A DNA stretch of 63,941 nt, filler included, from Lenisia limosa (GCA_001655205.1; 15 parts of 15 records of this genome joined end to end with filler, not necessarily neighbours in it); one strand, 5' to 3'; shown: positions 32,472 through 48,100, counted from the first letter of the whole stretch. The notes: generated from the sequence alone by a model not told the origin. Numbers and translations: made by a program.

Positions 32472-35278
32472 TTAATACCTCCTCCCCCAGCCCGCCCCAT
32501 GTCAATGCACCCTGAGAGTCGAGTTCCTCCCCACCTCAAGGACCTTCGTCGTACTAACAGTGACGCTAATTCCCTTCGGAAGCCGCTGTTCCTCCGCAAG
32601 ATGTCGATGAACGAGCTAGAAGCGCCACGCAACCGCGCCAAGTCCTTGGGTGTACCCATTGTTGAAGACGATTTTATGACCACGGAAGACCATAGAATTG
32701 CCGGTGAGAATGAAACTTATGTTTCAGTTTCCCATTTCAGAAGATCTTGCATTTCCTGTTTCTTAAAGAGTTAATTGTTCCAGGTTCTTCGTTTGAAACT
32801 GCCCCGAAATACGTGAATTCTCGAAATGGTTTGGAAATTTTGATATATTTTGGGAGTAAAATTTCCTCACCTGTAGATTCATTACTGTCACTGCGAATTC
32901 TTTCTCATTATATTTCTTCCGCCCATTTACTTGAATAGTACTGAGACGCGTGCATGACGAAACGGACCGTTCAGACTGGGCTGCTCGGATCTCCAAAACC
33001 CACCCCGAAGTGTCGGGGGTGCGGCAGCGCATTTCACCCCTCCCCAGGGCAGTGCAACTAGCCACTCTCTACAACACTGGACTTCCAGAGGTATGTAGCT
33101 AATGTAGCTCCGTATAGTCGAGCGTTTTGTGGAGTTTTTGTTATTCCACCTCATTGTCCAGGTGAAAGAGACACTGACAAGGTCCCACATCCTTCAGTTA
33201 ATTTTACAACATTTGGTATGAAGGGCTGCTGTCTTTGATGATGAAAGGCGTTATTCGAAATGGAATGAGAATTGCCTATTTTAAAGATATTTCTGCGTCA
33301 ATATAATGCATCGATAATTAGGTTCTCATTGCTTCTAGGAACATTGTGGACTCGCGAACACAAGAAGGGTGTTGGAAGATGACTGCCGATATGTCAAAGG
33401 TAGGAATGGCAACTCCATTGCTTTCAATGTCGTGTTTTCACCGAAGCTATTATAGTATCATTTTTAATATCATATTGTATTTTTAGTAGTGGTATTCCAA
33501 GAAAGACTGTATCGACACTCATAGCCTTTATGAAATGATGAAATTGATACTTAGCCAGCAGAGTTCTTGTATTATTGTCTTCCTCTCAATCATCTAGCTC
33601 CGCCTAGCGGATTGGGAGAGTCCTTTTTAACGCGTTACATTCGAAACGCTGTTTCCACCTCCGACCTCGTATACACCCAGTTCTTAACTCCGACACCTGA
33701 GATTGACGACAGATCGCAGCAAGAGGAAACAAATGTCTGTTGCGCGGTATTTTCTTCATTTGCACTCTCCAATTGATCACAAAATACACTGGTCCCCTTC
33801 CCCTTTGTTGACCACTAATTATTCTCCATGAAATCTTTTTTTTTTTTTTTGTTCCGACGCTCACCTTGGACAGGTNNNNNNNNNNNNNNNNNNNNNNNNN
33901 NNNNNNNNNNNNNNNNNNNNNNNNNNNATTGCCCCGTTGATGGCGGAAGAAGACTTGGTAGAAGATACTCTTTCGCGTCTAGGTTGGCTGGAAACGTTTA
34001 GCGAGGGCCGAACATAGTGATATACTTTTTTTTGAGAACTTCTTTCTTCGCAGTATTTATTGTTTAACCCATAGGTGTGTTACACGAGGATGAAGACACG
34101 GGGGTTGACGTGTACATCTGGGACGAGCCCGCAGACAACCCGGACAACCTAATTCTACTTCAAGCCTCAAAGTAATTGGGAAAGTAGAATGACAACTTGG
34201 TGGTACTCTTTGGTGGAGGTGATGCTTAAACAAATAATCTTGTAATAGTATCTAGTATATTATATTTTTTACTTCACCCAATCATTGTAATAGTTTGCTC
34301 TGAGCTGCAAACGTTATAAATTTTGCTAATTTCGGTGTCACTTTGTTGCGACATAGAGTGGTGACATTTGGAGAAATCATCTTCTTTTTCTTTTTGGGTT
34401 CTCCAGCCCCTTTTCCTTTTTTCCCCTCTTCATATTTGGGATTTCTTTGGGTTTTTGCTGTGATGCAAACATTATCAAATAAAAAAAACAGGAGCTTGCT
34501 GCCTTACTTCTCACAATCACCCTTCAGTGAAAGCGGAGAGAGCCTGGAACAAATCAAGGCCGGCTCGTTGAACAAGCTTGTGGAGCGCCTGACTTCCTCT
34601 AAACACCCCGATCCTGTCTACATGAAAACCTTCCTCCTCACCTACCAGTCCTTCACTAATCCCGACAAGCTCTTCACCAAACTAGTCGAAAGGTTGGTGG
34701 GATGTTAAAGAAAAACAATGCATCTTGTAATTTTCCGTGTAATATTGTTTTTCTGTTGTTGTTCTGACCATGGCCATAATCCTCACCATCAAGGTATCGA
34801 GTTCCTGAAAACCCCGATATTCCCGAGTCGGAATTTCGCCGAAGCTTCCAACTCCCTATCCAGGTTCGCTNNNNNNNNNNNNNNNNNNNNNNNNNNNNNN
34901 NNNNNNNNNNNNNNNNNNNNNNNNNNNNNNNNNNNNNNNNNNNNNNNNNNNNNNNNNNNNNNNNNNNNNNNNNNNNNNNNNNNNNNNNNNNNNNNNNNNN
35001 NNNNNNNNNNNNNNTTTTATATATTTTGAATGCATCTTTCCGAAAAGATTTTGTTTTGTTGAATCTCCTTGTATTTCTAGAACCTATACAAACAATCTTC
35101 TCTATTGATCTGTAATATTTTGAAATGAGCACAATAAACATGTTGCAATGAATCCGGGGGTAAGGGCTAACTCCACAGCTCCGAGTGTGCAACGTGCTGA
35201 ACACGTGGCTGAAGTCCAACTGGTCTGAGTTTGACCCGAAGCTAGTGGCTAAGGTCAAGAACTTCGCTGAAGCCACGC
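32472..35278 (+). CDS. LisH-domain Ras guanine nucleotide exchange factor (GefA/Aimless-like), partial
   Basis: Exons VKETLTRSHILQLILQHL|EHCGLANTRRVLEDD (LisH); DVYIWDEPADNPDNL; IKAGSLNKLVERLTSSKHPDPVYMKTFLLTYQSFTNPDKLFTKLVERY (REM domain); LRVCNVLNTWLKSNWSEFD. The catalytic domain lies beyond the gap. Confidence 0.9.
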
Positions 35279-36006
35279 NNNNNNNNNNNNNNNNNNNNNN
35301 NNNNNNNNNNNNNNNNNNNNNNTTAATTAATTAANNNNNNNNNNNNNNNNNNNNNNNNNNNNNNNNNNNNNNNNNNNNATGTGGGTGTGGGTATTATTGC
35401 AAACAAAAGCAACTTTGTATTACTAATCATTACCATAACAAGAATATCAATAATCGTATTATGTTCACTAATACCAAATTGTTTTCTTTTGACATGGGAG
35501 ATGTAATATCTCATACCCTGCCCGCCTCAGATATTTCCGGATTCACCCCTGTAGAAAGATGTTGTGTGTGAAGAGATTATGACCAACAATGATTGTGTTT
35601 TTTCACCGGTATGCAGGGCTTTTTTGTTTTGTTTTTTTGCACATCCGTTGCGGCAAAAAACAAACAACTAAGATTGTATCCTTGATGATACATCAATATT
35701 ATTTTGTGTTGTAGGATTCATTGTTTTGTGACTACTGATATGTTTTTTATTACTATTATTTGGCTGTGTGTGACTGAGCGCAAAAAAATGTATTGATTTT
35801 TGTTGAACTTCCTGTCAACAATTCCAAATTTTTTTTGTAATTGGCGTTTTTTTTTTTTNNNNNNNNNNNNNNNNNNNNNNNNNNNNNNNNNNNNNNNNNN
35901 NNNNNNNNNNNNNNNNNNNNNNNNNNNNNNNNGATATTCGAGTAGGTTTAAAGTGGTGTTTGTATCTTCACTGCGGTATGAAAAAGATCAGTTAACTCTC
36001 GAAGTT

Positions 36007-36085
36007 TACAGTGACAGGGATAAATCTTGATCGATAGTCCTTGGCGATCATAGCAAATCGGTCAAGACTTATCCCAATCACTTTA
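36007..36085. mobile_element. Family-2 MITE
   Basis: TACAGTGACAGGGATAAATCTTGATCGAT...CATAGCAAATCGGTCAAGACTTATCCCAATCACTTTA. Confidence 0.75.
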
Positions 36086-36618
36086 TTTTGATGATTAGTC
36101 GAGAAATTCAGTCATTTTCTTGAGCGGAGNNNNNNNNNNNNNNNNNNNNNNNNNNNNNNNNNNNNNNNNNNNNNNNNNNNNNNNNNNNGTATGCAATATC
36201 CAATTTCTCTAATATGCGCGATGGTACTGACGGCTTCGGCCAGATACATCCTGTGTTTTTATGCTTTTCTGCCAACAGAGTTGAATTTGAGCTATTTTGT
36301 TCCGCTAAATTTCTTAGTAACATATGATATTATTTATCGTGTTCAAAAAATCAATTAATTCACTGTTTGATTATATTTCTCTCGTTTGTCTATTGATTCA
36401 ATAACAGTACTTCACTCCTCCTCTACCTCNNNNNNNNNNNNNNNNNNNNNNNNNNNNNNNNNNNNNNNNNNNNNNNNNNNNNNNNNNNNNNNNNNNNNNN
36501 NNNNNNNNNNNNNNNNNNNNNNNNNNNNNNNNNNNNNNNNNNNNNNNNNNNNNNNNNNNNNNNNNNNNNNNNNNNNNNNNNNNNNNNNNNNNNNNNNNNN
36601 NNNNTCCCCTTCCCCCCA

Positions 36619-37480
36619 GGATCTGGCCAACTTCGTGAACAAGCAGCCCTCAGACTTCAACACCCACATAGCAACGGCGAACCTCCCCCCAGTCGTTATT
36701 GTGAACGGCTACGACGACGCCAAATTGCGCGTAGGCACAATAATTACTTCATATAATACATAATAAGCTTATTATCTCAGCACATTGCTCATATGCGATA
36801 TATTGGGTGGTTTTTTTCCGAGTTAATAAGGGAACACTTAGGAATATGATTGAGACGGAGGGTCTTAATATTAGGGATACAGTGTCTTAAAGCAGGTTGG
36901 TAAACCAGATTTTCACCTCGGAGCTTTGGTCAATGTACTTAACATAGGCAAATGGACCTCTTGGCACAGTTAAAGATGTTCTTTTAAAGATGTTTAAATG
37001 TATAAAATGGTATTTTTCAGCCGAGAAGGATCAAACTCTTACTCTACTCTACATTTTTCTTTTTCTCCTTGGCTTCTGCTTTTGTATTTTGACAAGTTAT
37101 ATAAAATCATCAGGCGTAGACTAATTTATGATGATTTTGAATGATTTTTTTTTTTTTGAAAATTGAAATACACAGAATTGACTAAGAATCCGAGCCGAGT
37201 TTCTGATTTACCAACCTGCTTTAAAGATAATTATTGATTGGAACATTAGGAATACAAACTCCATCACATCGCACCCAATATCATCTTTAACTTATGATAA
37301 TAACAACTAACAACAATGTTGTCAAAATCAATACCAACAAACTTCAAAGTACCTTTATTATCACCACTTACTTCTAAGATGACCATATCCGCACTTGAGA
37401 AGAGGCCAGAACTTCACAACCGCAAACTACTTATTGCGCACCAAATCTTCAATCGCACGTCTCTCGCCACATGTTCGAGT
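36619..37480 (+). CDS. Hypothetical gene fragment (2 exons)
   Basis: DLANFVNKQPSDFNTHIATANLPPVVIVNGYDDAKLR|MTISALEKRPELHNRKLLIAHQIFNRTSLATCS. Confidence 0.5.
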
Positions 37481-37583
37481 ATTNNNNNNNNNNNNNNNNN
37501 NNNNNNNNNNNNNNNNNNNNNNNNNNNTTAATTAATTAANNNNNNNNNNNNNNNNNNNNNNNNNNNNNNNNNNNNNNNNNNNN

Positions 37584-38571
37584 ACCCAAGTTAACCAAGA
37601 TCTAGACGGGGGGTGGGCAAAAGAGGGGGGGGCGGGGGGGCCAGCCGGGGTAACAAACGCCTCTTTGTCGCCTTTTTGTGGGGTCTCATCGCTAGTTTTT
37701 GTCTGGGATTTTAACGCATCTTCTGCCCTCTTAAACGCGATGCTAATCTCCTCTTTGGACAAGCCCTGAGTACATAAATGGCAGACATATGATAAACATG
37801 GGAAGTAAAACACACAAGGTTGAAAACCCAAAAAGTAAAGCTCATCAATTCGGCAGCATCCAACACTCCAAGAGAGGAGAAGGGGTGAGAAAGCCTCAAC
37901 CGAATTACACAAGGAAACCAGCCAAACCTTCTCTTCTAGAAACTTGGTTTTTTTTTCTTTGGAGGAAGGCGCCACCGAAGGATGAATGAGGAAATTGACT
38001 CCTTGGGTAGTGAAAAATGGTGACAGTAAATAATCAAATATAAATTCTTTGGAATGCTGATGGCGTTTTATTCTAATAGGTACATCTGAAACACTGATGG
38101 GGAATAAACTAGACAATGATCAAATCCAGATACTACAAGAGAACAGCAATATCAGATACCACAAGACAAGAGAATAAAAATATGATATACTAAAACGGAA
38201 CAACAATATCAGATACTACAAGAGAACAACAATATTAGATATAACAGTATTGTGAAGTCAAGGCACATAGAGGAGGGGGGGTCTACACTACTGCGTGAAA
38301 AAGTGAAATGAAATAGGTTGAGGGTTAGCTTAAGCTATTGAATATCAACCTGAATCCAACCAGGATTGCCTATGTTTCCTTTTAATCATTTTCCACAGAT
38401 GGGGGTATGAAATGAACATTAACTCTAACTCATATTAAACAGCCCAAGCTACCTTGCTTCAGCAACTCCTCCCTTGTTGCTACAAGGTGAGACCAGCATA
38501 ATCCAGTTTACGTCTGAAAAGAAGAAAACGAGAAAAGGACAAGTAGAAAACAAGTAAAGCTCACCTGTCAT
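37584..38571 (-). CDS. PEX14: Peroxin 14, N-terminal part
   Basis: Spliced MTA|TREELLKQ|GVNFLIHPSVAPSSKEKKTKFLEEK|GLSKEEISIAFKRA..., matching the Pex14_N consensus (REELI..AV.FL..P.V...P...K..FL..KGL..EEI), followed by a Pro-rich linker. Truncated at a gap. Confidence 0.9.
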
Positions 38572-39189
38572 ATTGTTGAAGGGCAGGCAAGACGGAGATC
38601 CTTTCTGATCAATTCAGTTACTTTTGACACTCAGAAAATCTCTTACACGCGGGGAGGGGGGTGAATGGTCAGGAGGTAGGAATGCGACGAGGAAGCGATT
38701 AGTGAAAAAAAGGAGGGAGGAGGGGTTGTGCTTTGGTGTCTACAATTGTTGTGGTGTTGTGTATGTCACGCTGTAGCTCGCGTTTGCAGTGAGTTGACTA
38801 AAATGGGAAACTTTCATGCACGGTGCATGCACATTGTATGTGAACCACGAAGGTACGGGTGTAGTGGTGTAGTTTAATGAATTGATTACCCTTACAAAAC
38901 ACCCAGACAAAAACAAAATACCAAAAAAATACTTTTATTTAGCTATATGAATTTGCATTCCCATGTTCCATGGGGTCACTTCTGTCANNNNNNNNNNNNN
39001 NNNNNNNNNNNNNNNNNNNNNNNNNNNNNNNNNNNNNNNNNNNNNNNNNNNNNNNNNNNNNNNNNNNNNNNNNNNNNNNNNNNNNNNNNNNNNNNNNNNN
39101 NNNNNNNNNNNNNACAACCAATATATCTAATTTACAAATGGCATTACAAAATAATTTACACAGATCAAATGACAGACATGGATGGATAA

Positions 39190-42100
39190 TTAGACCTCAT
39201 ATGAGGCCTCCTTTGGCAAAGGCTGTGTGCGATGTTTGTCTTTTTCTTGATCAATTTCCTCCGAATTACTAAAGGCCATAATGTAGTCCTTTTTCTAGAG
39301 AGTGTTACAGAAGAAAAGACAGAAATAATGACGACTTACTGAATAAAGGTAGGCCAGGGCCAGAACAGTTAACATGAGAGCAGTTCGAACGAACACATTC
39401 AGATCAGTAAGTAGATTGAAGACGTAGTTGAAAGAAACAACCACTATAAATAAAGCTGCGACAAGGACCAAAGCAACCCTGCAACTATAAGACTCTTTCT
39501 AATGGAATGATAAAGAATAGCCTGTTAAGCAGGTACATGAATACTATGGTAATCTGAAATGTAATTTCATCTGACTAGAAATTTAATTATTGTATAAATT
39601 GTAACTTTCTTATAACATAGTGTGAACAAGAAGTCATCAACAATTAATACAATTTTATAATTTCATTCTTACTGAAAATATTGTGATAAGTAAATTTTTC
39701 AAGCACCAAATAATGATTCAGTCGCACAACAGAGATGATTATCCCAAATACTTCAGAATTTGGAAAGTGACTCCTCGGCGGAAATAAGAATAAGTTACAA
39801 TGACAAAGCAGACATCTAGAGGTGTATTATATGTAAGTAAGGGACGTAGAAAAAGGATTTTAAAGATTAAGAAGTAGAATGCGAAATGATATCCGCAAAC
39901 ATGTTTTACTCTTGCTCAATGCAAACAAGAGCTCATAAGGCATCTAAACAATAAGCCTTAGGAAGAAAGAACATAATAGTTTTCTACCAGAAGCCTACGA
40001 AAATACAATACCAAAAGAAGGCAGCAACTGCGGCAGAAGGGGCACCTCCCCATCCAATATTCATAAAGAACAATTGTCCTTCCGAAAGGAACGGGTACCT
40101 GGAACAGGTGAGCACTCCGAAAAAAGTAAATTGTCACATAAACTGATAAAATATGACAATTTAAAACTCTTTTTTTACTGTGAAAAAAAAAAAGTTCGTT
40201 ATTTTGACAACATATGCAGGCAGTTAGTATTTACAAGCAATATTATACTAAATGATATATACGCACAATAGATGATATATCATATAATATAGCTTTTAAT
40301 TTCTTATTTATTCTCTAGAATCCCTTACGCAAGCATCTGAGCTGATCGTTTTCCAACAAGCTTCTTGATACCATGAAGGAAAAGACCTTGAATAGACACT
40401 ACAACCAGTGAATATACTTCTTCAAGGCCAAATTTCAAAACAGATGTCTGAACTTACAAATTCCAGAAGCCATGGCAACAATCATCCCAGAAAGATCTCC
40501 AAAGCGCATAAAGAAAGCTACCAAAAACGCTATTGACACCCAGGATACAATCTAAGCGAGCGAATTAAGAAATATTAAGTTTCCATGACTGTGAATAGAA
40601 TACAATGTGTAAATTACTATTTTTAATCACATAAAAAAGACTCACAAGTGCAGTGAGGAATCCTCCAAGAACTGTTCCACAGAATTGGATACTGCCGTTC
40701 ACAATAGCCATTGGCCTGGTAAAGAAGTGAGCTTGGTTAACGAAAGACTCATGTCGGACTCACATTTCTGTTTCACAGTAGTAGTACTTCTTGACTTTCT
40801 CAACCTTTTCTAAAGCGATCAGTATAAGGGCTTTAATCACTCAAAAAGTGCTCAAAATACACTGATGTGGTACCTTGTTGTGGAGTTACTTCAAAGGTGA
40901 GGTAATCTAAAAATACGAACTGCTCCTAAAATATCAAATTTATTAATGAAGTAATATGTCATAATGAAGCTCACTATCATAATTTTCGAAAGTTATTTCT
41001 AAAATGTCAATTATCACCTACATCCTCATCAAAGGTGTCAAGTACAGTAGAGAGGGTCTTAGTCACGTTCCGAGATTTTACAGCCACTTCAGCCTCATTG
41101 AATAACGTATCTTGAGCTTCTTGGTTTACTGATTCGGTGGAAATTTGAGAGCTGAACTTTGAAAGTATCATAGGGGGTAGAGGCTCAAAAGCAACGTTGT
41201 ACATCTTGCTTGGTTCTGCCAAGTTTTTCTGGGTCTGTGAAAGACTAGAAGCAAAACAATAACAATTAATAGAATAAACTAATCCAAAGTTACATCAGAC
41301 AAGTCATGGAACTTAAATATAGTCCCTCTACCACTCCTACACTTTCGACAAGGGAGTCATTAAGGTTCATATTGTGACAGAAATCGGCAACCTAACAGTA
41401 TGAAGCCATAAACCTGCGTTGAAAAGATCAAATCCACCCTAACTTACATATTTCTCAATTACAGTTGTGCCATGATTCCCATCAACTTCAGCATTATATG
41501 CTTTTGCAATCTAGTAGGTTAATTCCAGAAACAAGTAAATATATTATATACACCATATACTACGACGTATTTGATATCCGAGAGAAATGGGAAATTATGG
41601 TTTCATAATAATATTCGTATTTGAATAAAAAGCTTATGAGAGTGAATGAGTCAAATATTATGAATAACCCCAAATAGGTGGGCTGCGGTAAAAAATGTGA
41701 TAAAATCGAATACTACCCTCATTTTGTCCTTACCAAGTCAATAATCATGTCAGCTCTTCGGCTTGCCCATTCCTCCTTCTGAAAAGTTTAACACGAACTT
41801 TGAAGCTTACAATCAGATCGTACATTACACCAAGATGTCTTATGCCCTTAAATGTAGCGTAGCAGCAAAGAAGTGTTGGGAGAATCAGAATAACGGGGTG
41901 GAGAAATATTTCAGCAACATCACGCCATTCTTGAAGAAGCTAAATGATAAACAGTCTGAAAAAAAAAAGCAAAAATACTTGAAGAACACGTTTTTTCTCC
42001 CCAAAACCTCATCCCTTGGTCCAGTGAAGTTCGCATAGCTAAGAAAAATAAAACACTAAAAAAATCCAGCAAACGGAAGGTATTCTTGTCTGTCTCCCCT

Positions 42101-45100
42101 ATGAAGCAAAATAGAAGCTGAGTTTTGAAGAATCTACAAGTAGCATATCATTAATAATAGCGTCAGAAGAAAAAGTACTTACAGCTAAATCTTGATTCGT
42201 GGGCCTTGCTGCTGCAAGCTTTTCAACAACTACAATTCATAAGCGTTAAAAAAACTATGTTTTTTTATATAACCACACCCCAATACGGGAACTAGGATTA
42301 TCATCCATATGACTCTGAATAATCACGGCCTCCCCCAATGCTTCTTGAATGGAATCCTATAAGTGGTGAATACCATCTTTGGAACAACAATGAAAGTATT
42401 CTAAACAGCCATAAAATGACTTAAAAAATATTAAATGTCTCCCCAAACATGGAAGTTACGGGTGCCATCAAAGTAGAGAAAGAACACTGTATAACAGAGC
42501 TAAATCAATAAATAACTCTTATTTTGTATTGAATCCAAGCTTACCACCACCATAATGATCAAAACGGCCGTAATTATTGGATGTTGCCAGGGCTTCTTTA
42601 TCTCATTTCGCTGAAATATTATTTTATTTTTTTTGAGTTGCTACCATACCAGCCTCATTTTTGACTGAATACTTTCAATCTTACTCTCAGTAAGTTCAAA
42701 TCCCTCAACAGTCTGTACTACCCTTGCGAAAGCCTTTAAGGTCAAGTAAAAAATACAACTTAATTCCACAGTAGCCAATAACCTTCAGACGCCTGAATCT
42801 TACATTTTGCGAGTTTTCCTTCCCCAAGTTGAATACTATTGATTGGGGATAATTTGGGTTTGAAGCGTCAAGCGGGTGCCAGTTCTATCATTGATTATTG
42901 TTTTGAATAATATCTTCCATAGCAGATGGGGTAAACATGTTTGAAAGGATTATATTAGGGCTCCGTGCAATACTATTAATTGCTTGTTATTTTGCCAATC
43001 AATTACCTGACATTTGCAAATTAAAGGCAAGAAATTACCAATTAATTGAAAACTGTTAATTTGTGTAAAAAATGGATATAAACATCTGTATTTTTGGCTG
43101 TTAATTACGGCAACTAATTGCGTCACCTTATTGCAAGGTGCTCTAATATGTATACAGTATATCATATGCATATACTATACTATACTATACTATATAATAT
43201 TATAGACATGTAATACATATATTAGAAAGAAGTAAGATGAAATATTCCTCAAAAGCCTTAAACCCGCTTACATTTACCTCACTGAAATTATTTAGGTGGA
43301 AACAAGGTATTGGCATGAGCCTGCCTGGGGACAACTTTTTCCAAAACTGTAAAGCATAATCAATGGTTCAAATAATGTAAATGCATGAACATTGGCAAAA
43401 TAAAATTAAAAAGAAGGATCTCTAAAAGGTATTACAAGAAAAGTCTACTATATAAACACAATATTGTTTAATATTGCTATTCAACGAGATCGAAGATAAA
43501 ATAAAAGGCACTAAATATTGTCCTCATCTCAGACCTCATGAAGACGATATGCCAGAATAACACATGAAACAGTGAATGCAAAGTAGACAGCAAAAAGTAT
43601 GAAGCGAAGTGTCCTAGCAGTACCCCCTTCCCTAAAACAATAAAAACAAGAAAACCCATTTACATAAGTACACTTGTCACTTTTTGGGTTACAAGAATCT
43701 AAATTCATGAGTTGTCAATTTGTTTATCAAATGTCTGCATTTCTTAAATTCAAACGTACCCAGCTAGCAAAGTTCGCCAAATGTCTAAAATAATAATGAA
43801 AAGATGCACTTTTCCTCCTGTTTTTGTCATTAACATCATTAATGAGCATAGTTCCTTCGATTTTCAAATGTAAAAAAAGGCGGAAAAGAAATGTAAGGCC
43901 AAGGTGAAGAAGAGCTTTTGGTCCAAAAATATCTACAAAAATGATAAAATATTTCAGATACTTACCAAAAACAGAGAGCTCAACATCTTCAGATGTATTG
44001 GCCAGAGAAATTTTGGTTCGTTTGATGATACCTTGGATGTTTAAAAAGTAACTCCAAAACCACTTATATATATATATATATAGTATATATGTATATATGT
44101 ATATATAATTGGATAGGTATACAAACCTCCGAGGTTAAACATGACTTCTACATCATCTCCAAACTGGCTTGTTCTAAACCTGAAAATTGTCAAATGGGTG
44201 AGCGTGTTTAGATCAATATATAAGTATTTTCGATTGTCAAAATTTGCATCACTTTGGTAGCTAATCATGACTACTGTCAATAAATCCTGCATACTCAGCA
44301 TTGATTTCTACTGAACTGTTGCCTCGAAGAGTTAATACCCAGGACATTCCATCATCTTCATGAGTACAGCCTCCGAAGATATTCTATTAGGTTAACACAT
44401 CATTAATTAATATTTGAAAAGAATTGCTCTTAAAAAAAACATAATATATATATATATATATATATACACATAATATTCCAAAATATATTCATCCATACTT
44501 GCTTTCCTTTTGTTCTTCTCAAACTATTATATATTATACAAAAACCCACAATGCACAAACAAAATACGGTATCATCACCTACCAAAGGATCACCCGAGCC
44601 CTCGACGCAAAGGAACATTTCCACAATCATGCGATCAAACTGCGCGTCAAAGTTGTCGCTATCTTCTTGTTCGTCCTGAAGACGCTATTAAATATATTAT
44701 TCAAAGTCACCCTCATATATTATTTATAAATGAACTATTCAACAATGAATGTTATCTCGGAAATCAAAGAATATAATATATTCTAAGATATGATGTGTGT
44801 GACAACTGGGAAAACAATATTAATCTCAACCAACCACAATAGGATCACTCAAAAGAAACAGATAATTCCCTGAAGAACCCTAAATAGTTATAGAAATAGG
44901 TCTCTTTCAAAATACATACAACCATCATATCAAACCCTCGTAAAAAATCCTTTTACCTCGATTGGAGTAATAGTATAGTCGTTTAAGATGTTCGTTATCT
45001 CAATGAAAGGAGATGTTTCAATAATTCCATTATATGATTCCACAGCAACCTAAATCAGTAAACAGCGTCAAAACAAAGAAACCTACCTGATAAATACCTG

Positions 45101-48100
45101 TTTTAGCTCCCGTGATTATAATACCAGATGAGCTAAAAGAAGAAAGCGTTGAATCGCTCAATGAACATGGTGTTGAGCCAACTGCATTGTAAAATGGGAA
45201 ATTTGAGAGTAATTTGAACCCAATCCCATTTACGATCAATAAACTCCGTACACTGAGGTATACACATTGGATACAAATTACTGTCACCTAAACATTGACT
45301 CTGAGGTTTATCTGAGAGGGGTCAGAAGATTAACATCTGTCAGTTTCGAACATAATTCAATGATTTCACTTACTTCTGCATTCGGGAAGCACCAAGTTAA
45401 CAAGCTCCGCACGCTGTTTCAAACAATCAGTACAATCCTAAGAGCAGATTATAATTAATCCATAGTAAATCAGTATGTGCCATCTAGCAGAACATTTGAA
45501 CATCTCACCTGAACATCTTTTTGCGCAGGAATTAGTTTAATTTTAACAGATTCTGCCACTCTATCACCACCGACCTAGATTTTAGATGACCACAAAATAG
45601 TCCTAATATATGTTGCGACAGACATATACAAATTACGTATGTATTATATGCTGCGTTTTGAGCACAAACATTTTGAGGGAAGTAACTCAGACTAATTTGT
45701 TCGCCTGTTTTGGCTAAAAATATTAATGGTTGTGAATTAACAATTTACCCTTTCTGATAGCTTCAACGGTAAAAGATGCCGCTTCTTCCTACGCTACGTG
45801 AGGGTCATTTAATTTTCATAGTAAATGCTTAGATTTTAAGAGATTTCAACGATTCTCCCAGCATACGTCCACAATTATGGAGAATGATGATGTGGCAGTG
45901 TTAACATAGGGGAAGAAGGCCGACATTGAATAGTGCGGCATAGTTGAATGGGCGCCGACAGTAACAAAGAATGTCACCTGTAGAATGGAATAAGATTATT
46001 CTAACAAACAAAAACACTGAATTCCACCAAATTTTTAGTGTCCTAGTAATCAAACTCCGCAAACTGGGAATGCTATATTTAATTCATTCTATGTTCTGAT
46101 AGCCAAAATATAATTATACACGGAAACATCATGTTTTTCCTTCGTACAGGGAAAGAGTTATCAACAAGTGGGCAAGTTTCTGGGTTAATTTCGGAACAAA
46201 CCACCTGGCGATCTAAGAGAGTTAACGTACTATTTCGAAACGAATAGCCACTTACTTTGGTAATCTGTTGTTACAATACATAAAGTGCTTGTCAAGTTAA
46301 AAATGCGGGCAATATCACACTCTGGGTACCCGCTTTTACATCTTTGGAAAGTAATTGGAAAATGAAATAGTGAGCTGTCTGTACGTGGTGTGGTACATGT
46401 AATACATAAAATGAAAACAAGCATTTTCCGTTTTCCAACTCACAATATATCGTAAGTAACTGCGATTACTTCTCCTGAAGCCCTCCTATGACTTGATCTG
46501 GAGGGTTTGATTGAAATATATGTTATTCAAGCTTTGACAAGTGGCAGTGAAAATTTGGTTAGACTACCACATTTGAACATCGCACCAACCCCCCTACACT
46601 CTTGGCATTGCGGTCATATGCGTGTTAAAATTGAAGGTGTGATTGTTCAAAGAAGTACAGTAGAACAATTGCTCGTAGCAAAAGCGCAATTGGTACTTAT
46701 AGGTTAGGTTACTCAGGAAAACCTAATTTTCAATTCGATTAAATCAAATTAGTCACTATTTCAAGTCGCATAAATAGAGAATATAATAGAATATCGATAA
46801 ACTCTTTAAAGTTAACAACCATATTGTACATAGGATATTAAGCTGCTCCATTTTTCTCTGTTTTACAATATTAATGAGAGTAGCAATTCTTTTATACTAT
46901 TACCAATAAGACATGTTGATAATACGAAGGTTTCAGATGGCCATTTGCCCTTTTACCTCAGTATCATCTCTGACTCGGAATAACGAATCAGTTTCACGAG
47001 GGAAAATATTACTTGAAGTGAAACCTTCAAACTCAACCTGAAAATAGGAAGAGTGTGTTGTTAACATTATTATTAATGCATCCTGTGAAAAAGATAAGAT
47101 AAGCCCTTACATGAAAAAGAGCACATTCAGCTCTACGTTTTGACTGAAAATTTGTCGGGCAAAATACCACCTAAAATAGTGTATCAAAATATTGAAGTTA
47201 CATACCGTTGGATTTGCATTGGAGAGGTCCGTAGAATCAAGCAAAGTCACTGACAACACGGAAGAAATATCTTCCATTGGAATGGTGGTTCTGTCTTTTA
47301 GAATGCCCTTTGGGAGTGAAAATTAAAACATAATCAAGATATGTCAAAATTTTCTAGAAACATACAAATTTAACGTCTGTAGAGTAGGAGTCCGTTCGAT
47401 TTTTCGTTGGGATATCCAAAACAAATGAGATGCTAAAAAATGTGACATGTTAATTCAGTTAAAAGAAAATTGCTCTTTCCTATCAGAATACTGTCTCATA
47501 GTCAGAACTAATTGAAGTCAGTAGGATATGATATATTTTTATAATATAATTATATGTTCTTTTTTTACATATGACTAGTATATTAATGGTTATTTGTGAT
47601 TTTTTTTTAAAAGAGATCAATTCAAAATTACCTGCGAAAAGGTCCATGGGAAAATGTACAGCGCACAAGACCGGAAAACCATGATACTGGTACAAATTCA
47701 ATATCTGCAGAAGTCTGGGGACAGTTACAATGATAGCTGTTCAAAGACAGTGGTGTGATAAATTTTTGTGGCTCACTTGAAAGACATCTTCAACAAGCTG
47801 CTCAGCAACTCTTGGAAAGACATCATCTTCTGTTATCCTAGAAAAATAGCATATGAGATTAATGATAAAAAATACAATTATAACCGAATCCTACAAACAT
47901 TGTCCGAGTTTTTCAGACAGTTAAACAACAAGAATAAATAACAAGTAAAGACAACATAAGAGAATCCACATCATGAAATGAAAAAGTCACTGTACTTCCC
48001 TCTTTCATACATTGCTTCAAAATTGAATTGATCAATTTCAAAATCAAGGTGTACATCGTAGGTGGAAAGCACTTCAAATGAAAAATCCACAAGAGCGAAG

